From assembly GCF_009914755.1 (NCBI RefSeq), contig NC_060929.1: 64,000 nt of DNA; one strand, 5' to 3'. Shown piece after piece: positions 10,848-21,694 of the stretch. The notes below the pieces were generated by a model that was not told the origin of the DNA, ran no database searches, and saw only the letters and a program-made list of their open reading frames with translations. The stretch's first letter is position 1; the number at the start of each line of letters is the position of its first letter. Origin of the DNA: the human T2T-CHM13v2.0 reference genome, Homo sapiens. The position numbers and the translations under genes were made by a program.

Positions 10848-13777
10848 ATCTAACAGCAGAGCACCCAGATATGTAAAGCAAATTTTATTAGACTAACAGG
10901 AGAGACAGACTACAATACAATAATGTTAGGGAATGTCAACACTCCACTTTCAACAGTGAGCAGATCTTACAGACAAAAAATTAACCAAAAAAAAAAAAAA
11001 AAAACAGACTTAAACTGACCCATAGACAAACTGAACCCAACAAACTTTTATAGAATATTCCATCCAACAGCTGGAGAATACACATTCTTCTAACATGCAC
11101 ATAGAACATTCTCCAGGATAGATCACATGTTAGGTCACAAAACAAGTCTTAACAAATATAAGAAGACAAAAATCTTATCAAGTATCTGACCACAAAAATA
11201 TAAAACTAGAAATCAACAACAAGAAAAACTTTAGAAACTTTACCTGTACATGGACATTAAACAACATGCTATTAAACAATCAATGTGTCAATAAAGACAT
11301 TTAAAGGAAAATTTAAAATTTCCTTGAGAAAAATGAAAATGAAAAACACATCATACCAAAATCTATAAGATACAACAAAAGCAGTTTCAAGAGACAATTT
11401 TATAATGATAAACTCCTACCTCAATAAAGGAGAAATATTTCTAATAACCTAGTAATGTACCTCAAACTCTAGAAAAAGAAGAAAAAACTAAAGGCAAAAT
11501 TGGTAGAAGTAAGGAAATAATTAAACTTAAAGCAGAAATAGACTAAAAAGAATGAAAAAGATCACTAAAACAACAAATTAATTTTTTGAAATGATAAATA
11601 AAATTAAATCTTTAGGTCAGGAAAAAGTGAGAAGACTCAAATAAAATGAGACATGAAAAAGGAATCATTACAAGTGATACCACAGAAATACAAAGGATCA
11701 TAAGAGACTATTGCATAAACTATATGCCAACAAACTTGATAACGTAGAAGAAATTAATTAATTCTTGGACATATATAACCTACCAAGGTTAAACTATGAA
11801 GAAATAGAAAATTTGAACAGGCTAATAATAAGTGAGGAAATGAAATCAATAACAAAAAAGTCTTTCATCAAAGAAAATCCCAGAACCTGATGACTTCACT
11901 CTTGATTTCCATCAAATATTTAAAGAAGTAATACCAATTGTCCTCAAACTATCCCAGAAAATTGAAGAGGAGATGGGAAGAATAAATATTGTTAAAAATG
12001 GCTAGACTACCCAAAGCAATCTACAGATTTAATGCAATCCCTATCAAAATACCAATGGCATTCTTCACAGAAATAGAAAAAACAATTCTAAAATTCATAT
12101 GGAACCACAAAGGACCTGAATAGCCTCAATAATTCTGAGCAAAAAGAACAGAGCTGGAGGCATTACACTACCTCACTTCAAAATATACTACAAACGTGTA
12201 GCAACCAAACAGCATGATAGTTGCATAAAAACAGACACGTAGATCAATAGAAAAGAATCGAGAGCCCAGAAAAAAAATTACACACCAACTATAATTTTGT
12301 TGTGTAATTTTGGTGTGTAATGGCCGACTGATTTTCAACAAAGATGTCAGTAACATTCATTGGGAAAAGACAGTCTATTTAATATATGGTGCTGGGAAAA
12401 TTGAATATTCACATGCAGAAAAATGAGACTAGACACAAGCCTCTCATCATATATAAAAATCAACTCAAAATGAATTAAATACTTAAATGTAAAGTCCCAA
12501 AGAAACTATAAAACTACTAGAAGAAAATATAGGGGAAATGCTTCACAACATTAGCTGGGCAAATATTTTTGAAATAAGACCTCAAAAGTACAGGCAACAA
12601 AATAAAAATAGACAATTGAGATTACGTCAAACTGAAAATCTTTTACATAGCAAAAAGAACTATTTATAGTAAGGAGATAATCCAGAGAATGGAAGAAAAT
12701 GTTTGCAAACTATACATCTAACAAGCAGTTGATATCCAGAATATATAAGGAACTTAAACAACTCAACAGCAAAAAAAATAAACTAACTTGATTACAAAAT
12801 GGGCAAAATACCTTAATAGACGTTTCTTAAAAAAAGATATATAAATGGCCAACATGTATATAAAATAAATGCTCAACACCACTAATCATCAGGGAAATGC
12901 AAATTCAAACCACAGTGAGATAGCATCTCACTCCCATTAGAATGGCTGTTATCAAAAACACAAAAAATAAGGGATGGTGGCAAAGATGTGGAAAAAAGGA
13001 AGGTCTTATGCACTGTTGGTGGGAATGTAAATTACTACAGCCGTTATGAAAAACAGTATAGAGCTTCCTTAAAAAATTAAAAATAGAACAACCATATGAT
13101 CTAGCAATCCCATTACTGGCTATATACCCAGAAGAAATTAAATCAGTATGTTGAAGACATATCTGTACTTCCATGTTTATGGCGCACTATTCACAATAGC
13201 TACATTATGGAATCAACCTAAATGCTCCTCTCCAGATAAATGGGCAAAGAAAATGTGGTATATGTACACAATAGAATACTATTTAGCCAAAAAAAAAAAA
13301 TAAAGAATCAAATTTTGTCATTTAGGACAACATGGATGGACATGAAAGGTATCATGTCAAGTGAAATAAGCCAGATACAGACAGGAAGACAAATACTGCA
13401 TGATCTCACTTATATGTGGAATTAAAAACAAGTATCTATCATGAAAACAGAGAGTAGAACAACATGAGGGGAGAACAGGGAGAGGTTGGACAATGGAAAC
13501 AAAGCTATAATTAGATAAGAGGTATAAAGTCTGGTATTCTATTGCACATTAAGGTGAGTATAGTGAACAATAAAGTATTGCATAATACAAAATAGATAGA
13601 AGAGAGATTTTTGAATATTCTTACCACAAACAAGTAATAAATGCATGAGCTGATGGATGCATTACCCTTGTTGGATCATTATACAACATAGATATGTATT
13701 GAACTATAAACTTGTACCCCATAAATATGTGTGCAGTTAAAAATGTATCAATTTTAATAAATAAAATGTAAAAAGAA
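10848..13777 (+). mobile_element. 5'-truncated L1MA-type element, ORF2 plus 3'UTR, with internal deletion of the RT core near 11972
   Basis: gagcacccagatatgtaaagcaaat (EN region), aatgcaatccctatcaaaatacc (NAIPIKIP), gcactgttggtgggaatgtaaatt (HCWWEC region), and 3'UTR ending gtaccccataaatatg...aataaataaaa. Confidence 0.95.
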
Positions 13778-13956
13778 GTGTAAAACATCTAATATAGTGC
13801 CCTGACAGGGTTGACAGCCAATGAATGATAATTATTTTTGCTTCCAGAAAAGCTATGAGGAATTAAGTCAATTATGTTGAAACTATACAGGTATTTAAAA
13901 ATTTAAGCTAACAAAATTATAATCTTCTAACATAAAGATATAAATTCATACTTCTT

Positions 13957-13998
13957 ATTTTATTTTATTTTATTATTATTATACTTCAAGTTTTAGGG
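13957..13998 (-). mobile_element. Ultra-short young L1PA 3'-terminal insertion with 8-bp TSD
   Basis: ttattattatacttcaagttttagggtac is the reverse complement of the L1PA terminus GTACCCTAAAACTTAAAGTATAATAATAA (1 mismatch); flanked by TACTTCTT at 13949-13956 and 13999-14006. Confidence 0.8.
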
Positions 13999-14905
13999 TA
14001 CTTCTTTATTCGCATCAAGATCTTAATTCATAAATGGTAACATTTGATGCTAGAAATTGTCCATTTATCAGCTGTCTGTTTTAGAGAATTGTCAAATAAA
14101 TGCTGTGTTACTGCCATTTTAATTCAATTGGATTTCACTTTAACTCTGCAAATGTTCAATCATTCTGCTATGTGCAAGGAACTCTGCTGTTCACCAGGAC
14201 ATGCATATCTTAGCAGGACACAATCTGTGACTTAGTCAGTCTCACAATCCAGCAGGGGAATGAGAGTTTTCCTTAAATACTTGCTTCATAGAGCACATAC
14301 TAAGTTGGGTATTAATTCAGTTATTCTCTATTTTATGAAGTCTGCATCCAAACTTGAAAGCAAACATCATCAACAACAAAAGCCACAAGCATTAAACACA
14401 ATTGTTTGATTCAGGGTCAAAGAAATGAAAACACAACATAATGCTCATAAATTCTTTTTGTGTGTGAATTTTCCACAGCTTTACAAATACACATTGTTCT
14501 AAGAAAAACCCATGAGAAAGATATTCAAATAATCACAATCATTTATTTCATTTACCACTATATAAGCCAAGCCTGCATCTCCCTGCATTTCACAGTAGAG
14601 CTGCGTTGGGCTGACTAGAACTCATGGAGAACCTCTGAACCCTAACTGAGTCCTTGGAAATGTTTTATGAAAATTCAGGAGACTTCAATAGCAGGAATGG
14701 CTCTGAAATATTGTTTTTCTTTGCTTTAAGTACTTTTGTAATACAACTATACTTGTGGTATTTCTGCCTATGTTGGCAGTAGTGTTTTAAGTCAACAGAA
14801 CTTCTCTATAAAAACAAAACAAAAAGACAGTGACTCACTAATCTGTTTAAAACAGACAAAACATTTGATAAACTAACAGAAATTGTTCCAAGGATTTTGT
14901 TGTTG

Positions 14906-15054
14906 TTTTCTTTCTTTCTTTCTTCTTTTCTTTCTTTCTTTCGTTCTTTCTTTCCTTTTCTTTTCTTTCTCCTCCCCTTCCTCCTCCTCCTCCTCTTCCT
15001 CCTCCTCCTTCTCTTCCTCCTCCTCCTCCTCCCCCTCCTCCTCCTTCTCCTTCT

Positions 15055-15086
<32 letters not shown>

Positions 15087-15097
15087 CTTTTTTTTTT
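14906..15097. repeat. Compound polypyrimidine simple repeat (TTTC)n-(TCC)n-(TTC)n-(T)n
   Basis: About 190 nt of pyrimidines with a single G; read directly. Confidence 0.97.
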
Positions 15098-16383
15098 AAT
15101 GTCCTTTCAGATTTCCTTCTGCAATGGAATTTGTCTCAATAGTTTTGTGATCCATTAAGGTTAACTATTTCTGTTAACCCTCAAAATATTAGAAAATATC
15201 CCAATGTAAACTTTTCTGTCTCATAATCATCTTGTGTTCCATAGACATGTGTATTAGTATGTAGCATACAGGAGAGGGAAGCAAATGCAGTAAGATTAAA
15301 CTTCATGCAGATAATTTTTGCTATTGTAGAAAGCTTTATCTTTCACAAGAAAAGACAACTGACAGCAAAAGCAACTGGCAAAATAGCACTCAAGCTGAGA
15401 AGGTGTTGGATATTTATATTTGAACAATGAGTCTTTGAATCTAATGGGATGGAAATACTTATCTTCCCCACACTGTATTAAAACTTCATGAAACAGACCC
15501 GAGTAACAGTATACTTAGTGCTCAAAAATATTCTTTATATGTTTCTGGGGTAATGCAACTTCCAAGTACAATATTCTTGAAACCATATTGTTAAGCAGAC
15601 TATTAGACTGATACAGTAGACTCAATGCCACCTATATTTTTCTGCTTGATTTTGACTACTACCCACAAGCAATCTATGAGTTAAGAGAAGAGAAGTTCTA
15701 TAAAGAAAAGTTTATTTCGAACTTCAATGTGGACTGACTAAATTATACCTTACCTTCTGAAAAATGAAAGAAAATGCTAGAAGCACTTTTTTAGCTGCTA
15801 TTTTTTTGTTACTCTTCTGTCTAGACACAAATTCAAGATACCAGAGGAGCATCTAAGGTTTGACAAGGAAATAGCAATTTGGTAGCCTTAAAGCAAGTCT
15901 GGGTGTACTGTCATTTTAAAAGTATCTCACACATTTTGCTCACTGCTACAACCATTTTTGACTTAATGATGATAAGAGAATGGCTTATTCTGAGATATGA
16001 ACATAGACTCATAAAATAACTTGTTCATATTCAAGAGTGACTTTACCAATTGTAAGCCTCATTCCTTTCACCTACCTTTTGGATCTAGCCTTACTTGTAA
16101 GGAGGCCAGGTAAGGGCAGAATTAGAAGAGTGTGATCAGAGGTGTTAACATTCATCTTTCAAAACCCATTTCTTTTGTAACATGATGTTTTTCTTTCTCA
16201 GAGAGGTAAAAACCTCTTGCAAGTCATTCAATTTGTTTCTTGTTTATTTGAACAAAAAGAGTTGCTTGATGTAATGATTAAACATTTCAGATTTGTTAGC
16301 AATATCACATAAACTTTGATTCTATTTTAAATGAACCACAATTTTTCCACCCACCCAAAGTGAACAATAATAAAAGTGTGTAT

Positions 16384-16386
<3 letters not shown>

Positions 16387-16435
<49 letters not shown>
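16387..16435. repeat. (AT)n microsatellite, ~24 units
   Basis: Direct read. Confidence 0.98.
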
Positions 16436-16439
<4 letters not shown>

Positions 16440-17859
16440 TGTGAAAACTCAGCTCTCATACCATTCAGAAATTAAAATTTGTTTCTCTAGGCTAGAGCCC
16501 ATGAGGTTCACTAGTCTACATCTAGCAGGATCAAACTTCTAAAGCTTTTAGGATTGGTGAAAATTACCCACATACATTTCATAAAATGTTATAACTTCCA
16601 TTCTTATCTGAGGAGTAAAGAGAATTCTGGGTTTTGGCAAATTCACCTCTGCAACATGTAATAAAACAGAAACAGAAAGAGGTATCGGACTAATCTCCAT
16701 CTCACTGTGCAATTCTGTGAAAAAGAAAACAAAGTTGGTGCCACAAGTATGTGGCACATTCCTTCTCTTTGTCTTTTCTAAAACAATGGTATCTAAAAGC
16801 ATGTTTTGTAGCCACAATATTTTCCAGGTCAGTTTACAAAGAAAAAAAGGGAAATATTCCAACCATAGCTTTGGGTTTAGGTACTTACTGCAGCAATGAA
16901 TTTTAGAAGGTGACAGGTTACATAATGAGTTTGCAGTTATGATTGCACCTGGCCCTGGAAGGTTGCCATGCCATGAAAAGAGAATATCAGCTCACTTGCA
17001 CTGGTGAACAACAGGCTAGTGCTGCTTTTGCACACCTGATAAACTGTTCTTGTTATAGGAACATTGATTCAGCTGTTCCAGCTGTATATGCTATTGTTTG
17101 TTCCCTCTTATTTGCTCACCATATATAATGATTTTCTCAGATATGCAAGAGTACTTGGGCTTTGCTTTTATTTAGAAACTCTTTTCTCTGTACATGAAGT
17201 GATTGTTGAGTATTCAATTATGGCTGAATTTTAAATGGTTGGGATCCAGTTCTAATTGATTTCAATGTAAATCAATAGAGTTTCTAATCAGGGTGAAGCT
17301 CAATGCTGAATGACTAGTTAAGCCTCTACCATTTTAATTTATGCCTAAGTCAATAGGCAGTATTGTATTTCATATTTGATTGGAACTATATTGCATCCAG
17401 AATTGAAGCTATAAAGCAGTTTGTTGACAGAGTGATATGTATTACTTTGTAAACCTGTACATTCCAGGCCACATAGAAGCATTTGAAATGCAAGAATAAT
17501 AAACAGGAACACTCAGGAATATTTTTAAATCTAAGGGAATTTTTTTTAGGGGAGCAGTAAATAAAAGCAGTAGCTATTTAACATTAGGTGTTCAAGTTGC
17601 TACTCTGTGGTGGGCAATAGAAGTTTTTGAAAAAAATACATAATATCATGATTATAAAGCATTACTGCAGGGAGGGTTAGGCTTCAGGAGAAGATAACCA
17701 GACAAACCAGTTCTTAAGAGGGTGGCTGATTGGCTGTTTTGCTAAAGATAAATCTTTCCTCTTCCAAATATTCTGAAAAAAAAAAGTAGACTAATAGCAA
17801 GAAGTGTAGTGATTTGCACATTATCCAAGCCATTGAGTTATTCCTGCCTGTCCTCATTC

Positions 17860-18190
17860 TGGTTCTTGATTTGCAGGCCAGCTATGCTCTGCAGCTGGAG
17901 CAAATTATATCAGCAGAAGTGCTGATGTGACCACAAGTTGACAAAAGGACATGATTTCTAGTAGCAAAAAAGCAACTAGATTTTATGAAATTGTATCTAA
18001 TAATGTTGTTTAACTCATGGATCCTGCATCTGACGCCTGCTTTTTATCCAGTCCTTTCAGCGGCCCTTTGTTAACAGTCACTCAGAAGAGGAAATAAAAT
18101 GTAGCCATTGAAATAAAAATTGCTCTACTCTTTTTAATAGCTCAGCTGCAGGCTCTATTGTTTTATTTAATGGATTGTATAACTGAAGTC
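17860..18190. promoter_or_regulatory. Candidate enhancer-like motif cluster
   Basis: Unique sequence with CAGCTG/CATCTG E-boxes, SOX-type CTTTGTT (18066) and ATTGTT (18157), and homeodomain-type TTTAATGG. Motif evidence only. Confidence 0.3.
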
Positions 18191-19387
18191 TCTCCTCCTG
18201 ATGATTCCCATTTGGCTTCTGAGTCCCCAAACTCTGTCAGAATCTTGGGGGTTCCAGAAGGAGGGGAGTCTGGTGTTTTGCTTGTTCAAAATACAAGTGG
18301 ATAGTAAAAGCAATAACATTCTTTAAAATGTAGTTTCTGCTATGGAATCTATATTACTATGAGCAAGAAGCAAAGATTTTTCATCAAAGAAAGCATGTTT
18401 AGACAGTCCCTAGATTCAACAATTCTAGTTCAGGATACAGTAAAAAAATTTATTTGCCTAAATGTACAGAGGCAAGTAGGCTTGGCGGCAGTAGTAAGAG
18501 GAAAAAAGAAAATAGAGGTACTAGAATACATAATTGTCTTCCTTCTTGTCAAAATCAATGTGTCATCTTCGAATTGGTAGATGGGGTCTTTGCTAGAGAA
18601 TCCCGGCAATGGATCTCTCTCTCTCCTCGTGCCTGACTATCCATTATAGATATGAAAAGCGTACCTATAAATCATTTGAGTTTGACTTACTATCATTCTA
18701 AACAGTATACATGGTTATTATATTTTTAATTATTTCATACTTTTTGGTTCTACAGATCTGTTAAGATGTATCTGGTTTCTGTTGGAAGAATTACAGTGAC
18801 TTAAAAATATATATTTTGCTCCTGCTTTTCTAAGAAGAATTTCATTCTGTATATATTCAAAAGATCAAAGTTAAAAAATAAAGTGCCTCCTACATAAGGA
18901 AGGTGGTATAAAATACCAAGAGGAAAGATCAACCCTCTGCTCCATACTTATTAATATTTCAAATATGAATGAATTGCCGAGTATTTACCTGACTAAAGTA
19001 AACTGTTTGCTATGGTTCTTGGAAGATTCTGCAGAAAGCTTTTGCAGCTCATTTTTGTCCTACTTTTATGTGTTCCATCAGAGCAGGTTCATTGTTTTAG
19101 TAAGAGGAGGAGAAAGATTTGTTAAATCACGAAGTGCTAAGAAGCCTTTCAGCTGAGAAAGATACACAATGTACAAAGCAGTTAAAACAAATCATACAGT
19201 ATAACCTGTTAAGGATGTAATTGAGATACATGTAATCATTAACCTTGGAACAGACTGGGAATCTGTTAATGAATCAAATCAGTACCCTCTCCACTGATCC
19301 ATAATAATTTGAAATAAATGAAAAGTTTAACAGTTACTGTATGTGAGGTTATCGTGGGCTGCAATTAGCTAGCCTCCAGGAGATTAT

Positions 19388-19412
19388 GTTACCTAGTTAC
19401 CCAAAGGTAAGT
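19388..19412 (+). promoter_or_regulatory. RFX X-box-like motif followed by a consensus splice donor
   Basis: GTTACCTAGTTAC (19388-19400), then AAG|GTAAGT with GT at 19407. Confidence 0.35.
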
Positions 19413-19658
19413 ATAATTTCTGTAGATCTTCTGGAGAGATTGTCATAAAGACAGGTGTTAGACATGGAAAAGGGTCAGGAAAGGATATTTGGTACAGCCC
19501 AAACCTGGGTTATCTTTCAATAATTTCATTCCATCTATCCTCCTTATGACATTTCATACTCCTAGTTCAAGTGAATGTATTGCTCTGAAAAGACATTACA
19601 ATTTAATTTTGATGGTTAAAAAAGTGATTATCCCCTTTATATCTTACTACACATTTAG

Positions 19659-19738
19659 ATCTCACATGAGATGGCAAAGAGGTCAAGACAAAAATTCTGC
19701 ATTTGGGAAAAGAATAACACATGGACTTCCTCCTACAG
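19659..19738 (+). other. Candidate 80-nt internal exon (probably non-coding/5'UTR)
   Basis: Acceptor cccctttatatcttactacacatttag| and strong donor CAG|GTAAGA; no recognisable protein in any frame. Confidence 0.4.
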
Positions 19739-20233
19739 GTAAGACACTTGTATATGAAAGTATTTCATGTTTATACAACCCCCCTCCCACCCCCCACCAA
19801 CCTCCATCTCAACAGTTCCAGCATGGTCATTATTGCCAATAGAATTATACAGAAGAATAGTGAAAAGGAATGAATGCTTTTGCATCTATTGTATCATCAC
19901 ATTTTTCACACCCCCATTTTGCAAGTAGTATGTAGTACCCTACAAAATAGTATATAGAGAGGAAAATGATCCCAGGGTCCATTGCTTTTATATATATTGC
20001 TTTGATGTAAACCTTAAAAGAAACAATCATTGTATATGCAGTTCCATAGGAAAATCTCAATTTGGGGAAGATATAAAAAGAGATATTGCCATTCTCTAGG
20101 GAACCAGTAAATAAAACGGAGAACAGAATTTTTTTAAAATGCATGTAAAATATATGCGTATGGAAATGTTAAGAGCCTTATTTTATAATGCCAAGGAGGG
20201 CACAAGATAAAAACTGTTGTCATTTGTTTCCAG

Positions 20234-20661
20234 GGAAAGCAGTCGGTGAGACCAGGCACAGTAGGATAGTTAGTTAGCTACCACATGTAAAGCTGAGAGC
20301 AGATGGTGCCGTTGATATAGAGCGCAGGAATGTGCGTGTTTATGCGGGTGCGTTTCTGTGCGTGTGCGTGTGGAAACCAGCAAGGAGTTTGACACTGATG
20401 TACTCCATCAAGTCCAGTTATAAAGAACAAGTAGATAGAACAACATTCTGTGCATCTGGCAGCCTAACTAGCTCTGTCAATCTGTGGATACTGCTGACAT
20501 TGTACTATAAGCTTCGATTCCATCTGTGTTGTTTATTTTGAGCTGGATTTACTGCACACTATGTGAATTGATGATGGCTAGAAGGTCCAAAAGATTCTGA
20601 GTCTGTTTAAAGTTCCAAGGTGTCAAATTACACAGGATTGTGTCACGAACATTATGAAAGG
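20234..20661 (+). other. Candidate exon / alternative first exon of an unidentified transcript
   Basis: Acceptor tgttgtcatttgtttccag|G; 8 CpGs within 20244-20368; donor AGG|GTAAGT at 20662; lies in a transposon-free region. Confidence 0.5.
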
Positions 20662-21694
20662 GTAAGTGGAGAGGCAAACTGATTTCAGTATTTGTTAGAC
20701 GTCCAAGAAAAATTGCCGAAAATATAGATGAAGAAGGTTTATGAAAACATATAAAGAGTACATATGAACTCCTGCAATCAAATGTTTCCTTTTCAAGTTG
20801 TATTGTGTCATTTTAAAAAATTCAAAATATGTACAAACAAATAGACAAGTCAAATCAGCTCTCCACTCTGGGGTTGTGACATGCATATTATTCAAAACTT
20901 TCTGATCAGTACCATATTAAATTGCCAGAATTAAGGAATGGACTTGATGGGTGAGGGTTGTGCCTGCCTTCTTTCTGAATGGCTAGATCTGAGGAACAGG
21001 TATATTTCTATGCACCCACTATTAATTTATTCTGTGAAGATCCTTTCTTGCTTCAATTTCTTTCTGTATAACAAAATGTTTATAAATCTTTCTACCATAC
21101 AGTTTAGGAAATAGACTTTGCTATCATCATCAAGAAATCATGAAATAAATTGAGAATATACTTTTTAATGAAAATTGTATACATTTATGTGAGAGAGCAA
21201 CACTAATTGGGATAGGTCATCAGTTTCAAGGCTTTTGTCCATTTTAATTTTCAACACACTGTGCAGCTGAATGCTATGCCTGCATGATGCTGGAACATTC
21301 TTATGAACAGAGAAAAGAGATTTAATGATTCAAGCATTTTATCTGCATCTGCATATCAGATATCGTTTAATTTATGTGGCTGCTCTTGTCTGCTTATGTA
21401 GTAAGTAGCCTAGATCAGAATTTTCCTGTACCAGTCGAACTCTGTGCAGTTTAACTTGCAGTCATTGAATGAAAAAAGCATTTTGTTTATGATATAGAAA
21501 TTTCAATTCGTGCTTTCAACCCCCATTCAGTTAGTGGTTGGTTATGGTTGAATTGTGTCACTGAATACAAATATATTTACATGTAACTCTCCTCCTCTTT
21601 AAAGAAAAAAAATTTTAATTATCCTGCCTTATTCATTTCAGAGCTAGGGTGTCAAACAAAATCTATGAATGTAGTTCATTTGATTGGCAATGTT

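Noticed and set aside
14883-15158. Ser/Phe/Leu-rich ORFs (91 and 81 aa)
   Set aside because: Translation of the pyrimidine simple repeat.
19489-19842. 117-aa ORF across the candidate 80-nt exon
   Set aside because: Non-ATG start, runs through splice sites, no recognisable protein similarity.
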